Assembly (NCBI GenBank): GCA_965116925.1
Contig: OZ220744.1
Location: 1,792,001-1,856,000, forward strand
Direction of reading: 5' to 3'
Origin: Candidatus Poribacteria bacterium
Lineage (GTDB): Bacteria; Poribacteria; WGA-4E; PCPOR2b
DNA: 64,000 nt
Each line of letters starts with the position of its first letter. Within the stretch, counting starts at the first letter, position 1. The position numbers and the translations under genes were made by a program. The notes under the pieces were generated by a model. The model saw only the letters and a program-made list of their open reading frames with translations. It ran no database searches and was not told where the DNA came from. This document shows positions 1 to 10,097 of the stretch, in pieces.

Positions 1-384
1 AGCACGGCGTGTCCCTTCTAAGACAAGAAGCAGTCCCAATAATCCGATGACATAATCCGTGGTGGTTCCCATTCCCGCCCGATCTCCAAGCCGTTGACCG
101 TCAATCCAAAACTGCTTGAATACAGGTTCTGTTTGAATGAGAATATAACCGAAGCAGACCACCACTGCAAGAGCGAAAACAAAGTCAAGTGCTTGGAAAA
201 TGATATGTTTTTCAAACCGGCGGTGGATGGGATATTTGAGGAAAACGAGGACCAAGCCCAACATGGCGAAGATCGCTAGTTGGGCTTGGGGCGAAAGTTG
301 GGGATAGTTGACCTCTGCCAGGATAAATACGCTGAGAAGGGCGGCACACGTCCGAAAAAGGGTTCGCCGGATATGTTGGAGCAT
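1..384 (-). CDS. TRAP transporter fused (4TM/12TM) permease, N-terminal part, runs off window edge
   Basis: Not in the ORF track. Translated by hand from the ATG at 384: MLQHIRRTLF...FLKYP...LGDRAG...DYVIGLLGLLLVLEGTRRA. Hydrophobic, with the LLVLExTRR motif of fused DctQM permeases. Confidence 0.75.
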   Translation of the reverse strand, partial: MLQHIRRTLFRTCAALLSVFILAEVNYPQLSPQAQLAIFAMLGLVLVFLKYPIHRRFEKHIIFQALDFVFALAVVVCFGYILIQTEPVFKQFWIDGQRLGDRAGMGTTTDYVIGLLGLLLVLEGTRRA

Positions 385-417
385 AATGGTGGAAGTTGGA
401 ACGGATGTTGTGGTCCG

Positions 418-1155
418 CTAGAGGGTACGAATCCAAATGTTACGGTATCGGACAGGATCGCCGTGGTCTTGGAGCATTATCGGTCCTTGAGCGGGATGCG
501 GCTCGTCATAGGAGGGAGCCCGTCTGTGACCTGTTGGGCCCATGGCTGCTCGGTGGTTCTGTACCAATACGCCGTTGTGGACAACAGTGATGTACGCCGG
601 GCTGATCAGTTTCTGTCCCCCAAAGCGCGGTGCTGTGAAGAAGATGTCGTATGTCTGCCATTCGCCGGGTTTGCGGCAGGCGTTGACCAGTGGTGGATAC
701 TGACCATAGATTGCTGCGGTGATTCCATCTGCATAGGTCGGATTGTCGTAACCATCAAGCACTTGAATCTCGTAGTTGCCCATCAGAAACACGCCGCTAT
801 TGCCCCGTCCCTGACTATCTCCTTTTACCTCTACCGGTGCAGCCCATTCGATGTGTAGTTGGCAGTCACCGAAGTGCGCTTGGGTCTCGATGTTGCCGGT
901 GCGGGTGACTTCCATGTAACCGTTTTCGACCTTCCACTCGGCATCTCCATCACGTCCCGTCCATTTTGATAGATCAGTACCATCAAAGAGAACGATTGCA
1001 TCTGACGGCGGTTCATCCGCCGAGCTTTCGGCCCCAGGGGTAATGATTCGTGGTTGAGGTCGGGTCCCATCATGCACCCGCCACTTTGAACCGGGTATGA
1101 ATGGTGTGTCGTCATAGCCGATGGGAGCTTTATTTGCCGGTGATTGTTGTGCCAT
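418..1155 (-). CDS. DUF1080 family (3-keto-disaccharide hydrolase-like) protein
   Basis: LFDGTDLSKW, GNSGVF, YEIQVLD, GEWQTYDI and LQDHGDPVRYRNIWIR motifs. Confidence 0.9.
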   Translation of the reverse strand: MAQQSPANKAPIGYDDTPFIPGSKWRVHDGTRPQPRIITPGAESSADEPPSDAIVLFDGTDLSKWTGRDGDAEWKVENGYMEVTRTGNIETQAHFGDCQLHIEWAAPVEVKGDSQGRGNSGVFLMGNYEIQVLDGYDNPTYADGITAAIYGQYPPLVNACRKPGEWQTYDIFFTAPRFGGQKLISPAYITVVHNGVLVQNHRAAMGPTGHRRAPSYDEPHPAQGPIMLQDHGDPVRYRNIWIRTL

Positions 1156-1443
1156 AGTTGAATCTCCTTGTATGATATGTATAATGCAAGTCGCGATTTA
1201 GAAGGTACGCTTTCAATTTGAACCATCACCTTACTTTACTTTTTTATTGAAACGTATAACTCATTATATCTGAAATCAATATATTTCGCAAGCGTTCTAT
1301 CGTGTAAGTAGAAATCTCCAATTGACGGGAATTTTCGCGAGGAATCTTTGTTCTGTCAACTTTTGCCTTGTTATTACAGTCATCGTGTGATAAGATGAGA
1401 AAACTATACCTAGCAAAAAATCCAGCCAATTGAGGGTTCAATC

Positions 1444-2118
1444 ATGGCAAAACGCAATGGGTTTTCGGAATTGGCAAGATTGCTGGTTCGTTACCCCTCC
1501 CAAGGGCAGAGAGAAAAGCTGAAACAGCTGTTACTACAGAATTATACGCAAGAAGATCTCGTCGGCTACTTAACGCATGAAGTCGCTCCAACACGGCAGG
1601 CAGCAGCTTACGCGCTCGGTATAATTGGCGACACGGCAGCAATCCCTCCTTTGGTGAAAGCACTTCAGCATAGCGATCCGGATATGCGATCCAATGCAGA
1701 GCAGGCGTTGTGGGCTATTTGGTTCCGTTCTGGCGATCCATCTGTCGATGATATGCTTCAAAAAGGTGCCGAATATATCAAGCAAGAACAGTATGCAGAA
1801 GCAGTTGATCTTTTAACGGAAGTCACTCAAGTAGCCCCCCAATTCGCCGAAGGATATAACCAAAGGGCGATCGCATATTTTATGTTGGAAGAGTGGGAAC
1901 AGTCTATTGATGATTGCAAGAAGGTGATTACGCTCAATCCGGTACATTTCGGTGCGCTTGCCGGAATGGGACAATGCTATCTACGGCTTGGAAATCTCCG
2001 CGAAGCACTAAAGGCATTTCAGCGGACGCTAGAAATTCATCCAGGGCTTTATGGTGTCGCACACACGGTTTTACAAATTCAGGATGCATTGCAAGAGCAA
2101 ATTAGACAGAGGCGTTAG
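1444..2118 (+). CDS. HEAT-repeat plus TPR protein
   Basis: RQAAAYALGIIGD...LVKALQH HEAT repeat followed by TPRs (AEGYNQRAIAYF, HFGALAGMGQCY). Confidence 0.85.
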   Translation: MAKRNGFSELARLLVRYPSQGQREKLKQLLLQNYTQEDLVGYLTHEVAPTRQAAAYALGIIGDTAAIPPLVKALQHSDPDMRSNAEQALWAIWFRSGDPSVDDMLQKGAEYIKQEQYAEAVDLLTEVTQVAPQFAEGYNQRAIAYFMLEEWEQSIDDCKKVITLNPVHFGALAGMGQCYLRLGNLREALKAFQRTLEIHPGLYGVAHTVLQIQDALQEQIRQRR

Positions 2119-2123
2119 GGAGT

Positions 2124-2921
2124 GTGATGCACCATATACGCCGCTTTGAAAATCTAATCCTCAGTCAAGTTATACACCAGCAATGGAAATTCGGCAAGAT
2201 CTGTTTTGCCCTGATTGTACAGAGCCTCCTATTGCTGGTTATCTGTCAACTCCTGTTTCTCGCAAAGCTAGGGCGGCACACAGATCTCATCTTTCTGTCA
2301 GAAACGCTGCTCGTCCTGATTGTCTCGCCATATTTGGCATGTAGGGGGCTCAACAGACATTTTGCACCTCTCCTATCAAGGGGGCTTTTCCAATTGAGTC
2401 GAATGCGCCCCCGATGGATCTGGTTGAGCATTATAGTGGGGAGTCAGATTTGCACCTTTTGCTTCCTTAGCCTCGCATCAATTGTCTTTACAATTCTGAT
2501 ACCATCAATCAGCAACATCACCCACCTTCGCGTGATTCAATTGCAACTGGTTTTTGGACTTTACATCATTGTGGCTGCCTTAGTTGGCGGATTGTGGTGG
2601 CGCGTGTTTCGTCATGAAGTCTTTGCAACAGAGGTGACATATCTAGGCTGGATCCTCCTGATCGGCGGTGTGTTCCTGTTAGCACCGTTGGATCGTTATG
2701 TGGAGAATCTCGAACCGATCATCCCGCCGTTTCTACATCTCAACCCGCTAATGGCTGTGTGTCACCTACTTGAGATCGATGTGTTTAGAACACCACACTT
2801 ATACGAACTGACACCGATTCCATCATACAGAGTCGTCTATCCGTCATGGTACATTGTTTGCACTTGGCAGATACTGATTGGAATCTGTTGTGTTGTACTA
2901 GCACGGTGGAATCGTGCCTGA
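2124..2921 (+). CDS. Hypothetical integral membrane protein
   Basis: 265 aa with several hydrophobic segments, tightly spaced between co-oriented genes. Confidence 0.6.
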   Translation: MMHHIRRFENLILSQVIHQQWKFGKICFALIVQSLLLLVICQLLFLAKLGRHTDLIFLSETLLVLIVSPYLACRGLNRHFAPLLSRGLFQLSRMRPRWIWLSIIVGSQICTFCFLSLASIVFTILIPSISNITHLRVIQLQLVFGLYIIVAALVGGLWWRVFRHEVFATEVTYLGWILLIGGVFLLAPLDRYVENLEPIIPPFLHLNPLMAVCHLLEIDVFRTPHLYELTPIPSYRVVYPSWYIVCTWQILIGICCVVLARWNRA

Positions 2922-2947
2922 ATTTTTGAGCAATAGGAGCTTGCAGA

Positions 2948-4339
2948 TTGAATGAATCGAAATCTTATGAAGATCTCATTATCAGTGCATCCGGTGTTAG
3001 AGGAACAGTCGGTAGTGCATTGGATCCGAGCCAATTAACTCGGTTTGCAGTCGCATTTGGGACGTTAGTTGAGGGGCAACCTGTCGTGGTCGGGAAAGAT
3101 ACACGGACATCGGGTCCAATGGCGCATCATGCTATCCTCGCGGGACTCATCGCGACCGGCTGCAAGGTGATTGACGTGGGGGTATGTCCAACACCAACTG
3201 TTTTACTTGTGTCGAAGAAATTGAGTGCCGGTGGTAGTCTCGTGATTACAGCGAGCCACAACCCAATTGATTGGAATGGCATCGAATTTGCATCTGAATC
3301 TGGTCGCCTGCTGAGTGAGTCAGAACGCACACGTCTGATGGAGATTTACGAGTCTGGAGACTTTCAGCTAGCAACTTGGGACAAACAGGGCAGCGTTAAG
3401 GTAATTGATACTGCTATCGATCAACATATTGCTAGCGTACTCAACTGTGATTGGGTTGTACACGGTCAAACGCAGTCTCACGCGCTAAAGGTTGTCATCG
3501 ACTGCGGCAACGGCGCGGGAAGCGTGATTAGCCCCCACTTGTTGAGAGCGTTGGGGTGTGAGGTGGTCGAACTGAACTGTGTTCCTGATGGTTATTTTCC
3601 TCGCCCGGCTGAACCGACGCCAGATGCGTTAGATCAACTCTGTGAAACCGTGAAATCGGAAGGTGCGAATCTCGGTTTCGCACACGACGGTGATGCAGAC
3701 CGACTGGTACTTGTCTCGGAGGAAGGCACACCGTTGAGCAGCGAATACACCTTCGCCCTTGCAGCGGATTTTCTGCTGAATAGGCGCAAAGGGGATATCG
3801 TTGCCACAGTATCAACTAGCCGTATGTTAGATGATGTGGCGGATCGGCACGGCGTCCAACTGCACCGGACGCCAGTGGGTGTCGGATTCGTCGTTGAGAA
3901 AATGCGAGAAATAGGTGCCATCATCGGCGGTGAAGGAACGGGCGGCGTGATTTATCCGGAACTCCAATACACGACTGACGGGATTGCCTCGATAGCTGCA
4001 ATTGTCCAACTTCTCTCTGAATCAAGCGCATCGACGATTTCAGAGGTTATCGCCTCAATCCCAAGTTATGCGATATGTAAGGAGAAATTGGAAGTGCCCT
4101 CCCAGCAAATCGCGGATGCGGTGCTTCAACTTGCGATTGAAACCTATACAGATGAGACACTTGATCTGGCTGATGGGATAAAACGGGTTTGGGAGGACCG
4201 ATGGGTCAATATTCGGAAGTCCGGCACAGAGCCGGTCATTCGCGTTTTTAGCGAAGCGCACACCCTTAAAGAGGCACAGGAACTGTGCAATTCAACGCTT
4301 GACACACTGAAATCTTTGATACAACAAGTCTCCAAGTAA
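2948..4339 (+). CDS. glmM: Phosphoglucosamine mutase / alpha-D-phosphohexomutase
   Basis: TASHNP catalytic Ser, DGDADR metal loop, GGEGTGG and RKSGTEP motifs. Same operon as glmS. Confidence 0.8.
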   Translation: MNESKSYEDLIISASGVRGTVGSALDPSQLTRFAVAFGTLVEGQPVVVGKDTRTSGPMAHHAILAGLIATGCKVIDVGVCPTPTVLLVSKKLSAGGSLVITASHNPIDWNGIEFASESGRLLSESERTRLMEIYESGDFQLATWDKQGSVKVIDTAIDQHIASVLNCDWVVHGQTQSHALKVVIDCGNGAGSVISPHLLRALGCEVVELNCVPDGYFPRPAEPTPDALDQLCETVKSEGANLGFAHDGDADRLVLVSEEGTPLSSEYTFALAADFLLNRRKGDIVATVSTSRMLDDVADRHGVQLHRTPVGVGFVVEKMREIGAIIGGEGTGGVIYPELQYTTDGIASIAAIVQLLSESSASTISEVIASIPSYAICKEKLEVPSQQIADAVLQLAIETYTDETLDLADGIKRVWEDRWVNIRKSGTEPVIRVFSEAHTLKEAQELCNSTLDTLKSLIQQVSK

Positions 4340-4461
4340 TCGCCAAACTCTGTTTCTGATCGTGAGGAGTTTCACGCACCACAATTTTTCTTGAAACGCA
4401 AACGTCCTCGCAGCGTCAACTTTAATAGATTATTGTTGTGCTGTATTGATGGAGGTTTATC

Positions 4462-5715
4462 ATGGTAGATGCACTAAAACTAGTCTGTATAGGTGGCGGC
4501 ACAGGCTTATCATCCCTACTGAGCGGTATTAAACAACACACGAGCCACAGACGCTTAGGTTCAGAGATTATTGATATAGATAATCTGGCGGCGATCGTTT
4601 CCGTATCTGACGACGGTGGCAGTTCTGGACGGTTGGTCGAAGAGTTCGATGTGATTCCACCGGGTGACATTCGCCAACTACTAGTCGCCCTCTCTAACGA
4701 CGATGGGTTACTAGCCAAGCTCTTTGGATATCGCTTTTCAAGTGATGGCGATCTCGGTGGACATACGGTTGGAAATCTCCTTCTCATTGCACTCACCGAA
4801 TTAAATAACGGCAGCTTTCCAAAAGCTATCCAAGAGGCGTCCAAATTGCTGTCCACGCGGGGCAGGATCATACCAGTTAGCCTAGACGGCACCACCCTAT
4901 GCGCTCAACTAGTCGGTGGTGATATTGTGTGCGGTGAGTCCAACATCCCAGAACGATCCAATCGAGAACCCATTCAACGCGTCTTTCTGAAACCGCGTGA
5001 GAATGGCAAACAGCATCACGACGAACCTTATGAATGTGCTGCACATACGGAGGCTGTGGAGGCCATCGCTAATGCAGACGCTATCATCATCGGACCCGGA
5101 AGTTTATACACCAGCATTATGCCTAACCTTGTAATCAACGAAATCGCTGAAACGATCCAGTCGTCAGATGCGATGAAAATCTATATCTGCAACGTGATGT
5201 CGCAGCCCGGTGAAACGGATGGATACTCTGTGACCGACCACGTCGAAGCGATCTTCGCTCACGCCCCCGGAATATCATTAGATTATGTCATCGTTAACAA
5301 TCAGCCGGCACCGGAAAAAATCATCGAACGGTATAGACAGAAAGAGCTATCAGGTAAGTTTGCACAGATGAAAATGCTTATGGAGGACGTGCTCTCGATG
5401 CTTGAAACGAAACAGGTGGAAGATTTCGCCGAGGGAAAAACCGTGGATTCCGTGTTATATCAAGCAGAGCATATCTCTCAGCTTACCAATGAAATCAAGC
5501 AGATGGCAGGTCCTACTAATGTGCAAATCTTCTATAATCCGGGACGGGATCATCTCGGCGATATGCGGATTGTAGAGGCGGAACTCATTCGGGAAGCTAA
5601 GCTCATTGATAGCGGAGAACCTCAACCCGTGATCCGTCACCACCCCGAAAAGCTCGCACAAACGTTAGTCAAGGTATTGAGCGATCATCCAAAGTTTCAT
5701 GAACCGATCTCGTAA
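4462..5715 (+). CDS. yvcK: YvcK/GlmR family UDP-GlcNAc-binding protein
   Basis: IGGGTGLS, DDGGSSG, PPGDIR, GPGSLYTS and NVMSQPGET motifs. Confidence 0.9.
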   Translation: MVDALKLVCIGGGTGLSSLLSGIKQHTSHRRLGSEIIDIDNLAAIVSVSDDGGSSGRLVEEFDVIPPGDIRQLLVALSNDDGLLAKLFGYRFSSDGDLGGHTVGNLLLIALTELNNGSFPKAIQEASKLLSTRGRIIPVSLDGTTLCAQLVGGDIVCGESNIPERSNREPIQRVFLKPRENGKQHHDEPYECAAHTEAVEAIANADAIIIGPGSLYTSIMPNLVINEIAETIQSSDAMKIYICNVMSQPGETDGYSVTDHVEAIFAHAPGISLDYVIVNNQPAPEKIIERYRQKELSGKFAQMKMLMEDVLSMLETKQVEDFAEGKTVDSVLYQAEHISQLTNEIKQMAGPTNVQIFYNPGRDHLGDMRIVEAELIREAKLIDSGEPQPVIRHHPEKLAQTLVKVLSDHPKFHEPIS

Positions 5716-5788
5716 TAGAGAAACACCTAGTTTTCATTCCTTCCCCAACCAAACATACCCTTGATAGAAAATTGAGAAAGGAAAAGCT

Positions 5789-7612
5789 ATGTGTGGAATT
5801 GTCGGATACATCGGAGATAAATATGCTGACTCTGTCTTGTGGACAGGATTGGAGAGACTTCAGTACCGGGGATATGACTCAGCGGGTATGGCTGTCATCA
5901 GTGATGGGGAACTAGATCTGCGGAAGCGGGCGGGCAAATTACGTGAATTGGACGAATGCCTCCGTCAGAATCCGATGCGGGGCGCGATCGGTATCGGTCA
6001 TACCCGATGGGCAACACACGGGGAGCCGAACGAACGCAATGCCCATCCACACACCGACGAGGGCAAGACCGTGGCAGTTGTGCATAACGGAATCATTGAA
6101 AACTATCTCCCACTCAAGCGGGAGCTGCAGGCGCGAGGACACCTGTTTGAATCCGATACCGATACAGAAGTGCTAGCACACCTTGTTGAGGAAGCCATGG
6201 AGACGGATTTTCTTGATGCTGTCTGTCGTGCACTCCAGCGGGTCGAAGGCACATTCTCCGCTGCTTTTATTCATCAACAATTTCCGGATTGCATCGTGGT
6301 TGCACGACGTGGCAGCCCACTCATTTTAGGGCTTGGGGAAGGAGAGAACTTCGTCGCTTCGGATGTGCCGGCATTGCTGCCGCACACTCAACGGATGGTC
6401 TATCTGGAGGATGATCAGATTGCGGTGCTTACACGGAAACAGGTTGAGGTTCAAACCATGGCGGGAGAGCGGGTGGAACCCCGCATCCATCAAATCGACT
6501 TGAGTCCTGACGTTGCCGATAAGGGTGACCATCCACACTTCATGCTCAAGGAGATCCACGAACAGCCTAATGTCTTACGGCGTTTGCACAATATCTATGT
6601 CACCGACGAAATGGAGGTCGATTTCGGCGAATTGGGATTGAGCGATGCGTTTTTCGCCCGTGTGAATCGGATCGTCATCCAAGCGTGTGGCACATCGTGG
6701 CACGCTGGACTGATCGGCAAATATCTGCTAGAGCAGTATGCGTACATCCACACCGAAGTGGACATCTCCTCCGAGTTTCGTTACCGCAACCCAGTTCTGG
6801 AGGGAGATACGCTAGTCATCGCTATTTCTCAATCCGGTGAGACCGCTGATACGCTTGAAGGCCTACGCAAAGCAAAGAGCAAGTTCATGCGTGTGTTAGC
6901 CTTATGCAACGAGATCAATAGCACCATCGCACGGGAGGCGGATGCGGTTATCGAACTTCACGCCGGACTGGAGATTGGTGTCGCTTCCACCAAAGCGTAT
7001 ACCGCCCAAATTGCAGTGCTTGGGTTACTCGCTATGCACCTCGGCAAGCTAAAGGGGATATTAACCCCTGAAGATATACAGGAATTTCTCCAGAACCTTA
7101 AAAAGGCACCGTCCCTCATGGAACGAGCCCTCCAGCAGGGACAGATTTGTGCCTGTGCGGAAAAATACAGTGATGTAGGCGCGTTCATGTTTATCGGACG
7201 CAGCTACAACTATCCCAACGCCCTAGAAGGTGCGCTCAAACTCAAGGAAATCGCATATATTCATGCAGCAGGGCATCCCGCAGGCGAATTAAAGCACGGA
7301 CCTATCGCTCTGATTAACGAAGAAGTGCCGGTGGTGTGTATTGCTACTAATAGCAGCATCTACCCCAAAATTGTGAGCGCAATCCAAGAGATCCGAGCGC
7401 GTGACGGAGTTGTCATCGCTATTGCGACTGAGGGGAATACAGAGATCCAAGAATATGCACAGGAGGTGCTTTACATCCCGGACATTGCTGAGGAGCTTTC
7501 CCCACTACTTGCTGCGATCCCGCTCCAACTGCTTGCATACTATACCGCAGTGCATCGAGGTTGCGATGTTGACCAACCCCGCAACCTCGCAAAAAGTGTC
7601 ACCGTTGAGTAG
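5789..7612 (+). CDS. glmS: Glutamine-fructose-6-phosphate transaminase
   Basis: N-terminal MCGIVG, GHTRWATHG, SQSGETAD and C-terminal PRNLAKSVTVE. Confidence 0.98.
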   Translation: MCGIVGYIGDKYADSVLWTGLERLQYRGYDSAGMAVISDGELDLRKRAGKLRELDECLRQNPMRGAIGIGHTRWATHGEPNERNAHPHTDEGKTVAVVHNGIIENYLPLKRELQARGHLFESDTDTEVLAHLVEEAMETDFLDAVCRALQRVEGTFSAAFIHQQFPDCIVVARRGSPLILGLGEGENFVASDVPALLPHTQRMVYLEDDQIAVLTRKQVEVQTMAGERVEPRIHQIDLSPDVADKGDHPHFMLKEIHEQPNVLRRLHNIYVTDEMEVDFGELGLSDAFFARVNRIVIQACGTSWHAGLIGKYLLEQYAYIHTEVDISSEFRYRNPVLEGDTLVIAISQSGETADTLEGLRKAKSKFMRVLALCNEINSTIAREADAVIELHAGLEIGVASTKAYTAQIAVLGLLAMHLGKLKGILTPEDIQEFLQNLKKAPSLMERALQQGQICACAEKYSDVGAFMFIGRSYNYPNALEGALKLKEIAYIHAAGHPAGELKHGPIALINEEVPVVCIATNSSIYPKIVSAIQEIRARDGVVIAIATEGNTEIQEYAQEVLYIPDIAEELSPLLAAIPLQLLAYYTAVHRGCDVDQPRNLAKSVTVE

Positions 7613-7644
7613 ATGAATTACAGATGCTAGGAATCGGGGCAACT

Positions 7645-8043
7645 TTAACGAAGGGAATTCCACGGTGCTTCATCGGCAACATCAACCAACTGATAACCTT
7701 CATCACTAACACATGGGCCCAAGATAGCCAGCAGCTTCGCAGAAGCGGACGAGGTGTTGAACGAAGCGTGTACTACGTCAGCGGGAATGAATATCGAATC
7801 ACCTGAACTCAGCATCTGTTTTTCGTCGCGCAGCCACTGCTCTACAGTCCCCTCAATAACGTAAATAACCTCTTCCTGTTCCGGATGCTTGTGGAAGTTG
7901 TGTCCACCACCGGGCGATAGGCTCACCTCGATGACCACCAGATCCTTTGCACCTGTTGTTTCGGGACGACTCAACCACGCCAAGGCACCCCAATCGAGTT
8001 GTTCACGTTCTGCTTCTGCTGCAGGGATAAATTTTCCACTCAT
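7645..8043 (-). CDS. Cupin domain protein
   Basis: HNFHKHPEQEEVIYVIEG and GDSIFIPADVVH cupin motifs. Confidence 0.9.
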   Translation of the reverse strand: MSGKFIPAAEAEREQLDWGALAWLSRPETTGAKDLVVIEVSLSPGGGHNFHKHPEQEEVIYVIEGTVEQWLRDEKQMLSSGDSIFIPADVVHASFNTSSASAKLLAILGPCVSDEGYQLVDVADEAPWNSLR

Positions 8044-8159
8044 GATTAATTCTCCTTCAAAATTATGTTTACGTATTGCGGATTACGTATTATCCTAATT
8101 ATAGCGTTCTTACCGTATCTGTGTCTATAGTTTAATTGCGAAAAGAAAGGAAGATTGAC

Positions 8160-8963
8160 ATGACCGATAATGAGAAATTTCTGTTTGATCTCTGGGGTTA
8201 CGTCGTGATTGAGGATGTACTTACATCGGATGAGGTCGAGCTGGCAAATGAAGCGGTTGAGCGTCACACACATCTTATCGCCAACCGGGACCCAGGATTA
8301 TCCCACGGATCTAAGCAGTTGGAAGGTGCTACAGGTCGCGGGGAGTTCCATCAAAATCCATTGACCTTTGATCGGCCGTGGTGTGAACCGTTTCGACGTA
8401 TGTTGACGCATCCGCGGGTTATTGACATCTTTAACGAGATATTGGGTCCCGGCTTTCGGCTTGATCACGGTCCCGGACTTATTCAGATGGTCAAGGGAAC
8501 CGAGGGACATTGGCTGCACGGCGGGATGACCTTCGATCCAAGCCAATATCACCGATTTGAGCATGGACGGATGCAGTGTGGGCTCTGCGTCGCTGCTTGG
8601 CAGTTGACAGAGGTCCGTGAGGGGGATGGCGGATTTGCATGTGTGCCGGGCAGCCACAAATCGAATTATCGTCCGCCTCAGCATGTTCTCTCTACAAAAG
8701 ATGATATGGGGTGTATTCGACAGGTCGTTGCCGGACCGGGTTCCGTCGTTATATTTAACGAAGCGTTGGTGCACGGTACGCTTCCTTGGCAGCCGACCGA
8801 CCGCGAGCGTCGTTCAATCCTGTTCAAATGCTCGCCCGGATTCCTGTCATGGGGTTCACCTCATGCCGAATGCCCGATCCCCGATCCAACGCCGGAGGAA
8901 TTGGCTATCTACGAACCGCCCCACCGTACCGGACGCACAACGCTAGGGGAAGATGGGAATTGA
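8160..8963 (+). CDS. Phytanoyl-CoA dioxygenase family Fe(II)/2OG enzyme, HxG variant
   Basis: GYVVIEDVL, GGFACVPGSHK, GSVVIFNEALVHG and RRSIL motifs. The ATG at 8160 follows AAGGAAG. Confidence 0.85.
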   Translation: MTDNEKFLFDLWGYVVIEDVLTSDEVELANEAVERHTHLIANRDPGLSHGSKQLEGATGRGEFHQNPLTFDRPWCEPFRRMLTHPRVIDIFNEILGPGFRLDHGPGLIQMVKGTEGHWLHGGMTFDPSQYHRFEHGRMQCGLCVAAWQLTEVREGDGGFACVPGSHKSNYRPPQHVLSTKDDMGCIRQVVAGPGSVVIFNEALVHGTLPWQPTDRERRSILFKCSPGFLSWGSPHAECPIPDPTPEELAIYEPPHRTGRTTLGEDGN

Positions 8964-9163
8964 TCTATGAAGCGTGAAATGTGATGTATAAACGCTCATT
9001 GGTTTATGGTAATGCTTCTCGGTTCGCATTTTGGTGAGCCTGTTGACACACAGATGTCGAAATGATCTTTTTTATGCCTTACGTTTCACGCATTATCCTT
9101 CATTGTGTTGCCCTTGATTTTTGTAACGTAATAGAAAAAAACATATCAAGAGAGGACCTAAAG

Positions 9164-9748
9164 ATGTTTAGACAAATAGTTGTTAGCCTGTTTATGGGGT
9201 TTTTCGGGATTTGTGGAATTATCGGAGTCATTAGCTGCGCGGATCTTGACGTATTGATTATTGATCTTACAGCTCCTGACCCGATTGAACCGGCAGAGAA
9301 CGAATGGATTGGCACATGGGCACTTGAAAGCTATCAGGGACTCAGTCTGCTAGAAACCCTTGCCGAATATGACGATTATGACGATGAGGACTGGACTTTT
9401 TTGGACGCTGATGGTTCGGCTGTGGATGGTGTTCTTCTAGAACAGGCTATCGCAGCGTTTTGGTCTGGTGATGGCGTTACTGGTTATGATGGATCCATTG
9501 CTTATACTTTTTCTGACGATGGAATCGTGGAGATAGAGATCGTCATTCAGTTAAGGCTGCAGGTGGAAGCTATGCAGGGGGTACTCGTCGGTAGGGATCA
9601 AATACCGGGTAGCTACTCTCTGATTGGGTCCGCTTACACAACGGAGATAGCTGGTGAGGTAGAAACGGGCACGTGGCAGCTGACAGGGGATGCGCTTATA
9701 CTCAATCCTGAAGGGGCGGATGGTTTGACCATTTTGAACAAACTATAG
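9164..9748 (+). CDS. Hypothetical exported or lipoprotein with lipocalin-like domain
   Basis: Hydrophobic N-terminus ending ISC, then WIGTWALESY and GTWQLTGDALIL. GAGGA RBS before 9164. Confidence 0.6.
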   Translation: MFRQIVVSLFMGFFGICGIIGVISCADLDVLIIDLTAPDPIEPAENEWIGTWALESYQGLSLLETLAEYDDYDDEDWTFLDADGSAVDGVLLEQAIAAFWSGDGVTGYDGSIAYTFSDDGIVEIEIVIQLRLQVEAMQGVLVGRDQIPGSYSLIGSAYTTEIAGEVETGTWQLTGDALILNPEGADGLTILNKL

Positions 9749-9787
9749 GTAACCCGAGTTGCCACCTAAATACCTTTCCGGCAGTTT

Positions 9788-9856
9788 GTAGGGCGGGCAT
9801 CTTGCCCGGCTCATTTGTTTCTGCCAATACCCGTAGGCCGAGATTCATATCTCGAC
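9788..9856. repeat. Two GTAG-type REP-like hairpins
   Basis: gtagggcgggcatcttgcccggc (near copy of 40275-40297) and gtaggccgagattcatatctcgac. Confidence 0.75.
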
Positions 9857-10097
9857 ACTTTTGAAAGTACGATTTCCCCACTGGATGCTCTTTTGTTCAA
9901 TACGACATTGCGTTACAGTACAGGTACTCTATTATTGAACAGACGCAATACACCGATATCTGGGCAAGTGATAATTACCTCCAATTGCAGATGGCTGCGG
10001 GGGCTGTGATCGCTGGGCGTTTTGTGGATATTTGGAAGTGGGAGTAAACTCGTATTGATTTCTCGATTGGGGCGAGGACCGGTTTATGGTAGTGATT

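Noticed and set aside
4340..5788. glmS ribozyme upstream of yvcK or glmS
   Set aside because: There is a weak hairpin near 4360-4410, but I found no AGCGCC...GACGAGG core, and the yvcK-glmS gap is only 73 bp.
9860..10090. Possible small gene ending ...VDIWKWE
   Set aside because: No convincing start, RBS or recognisable domain. It is a gene fragment at best.
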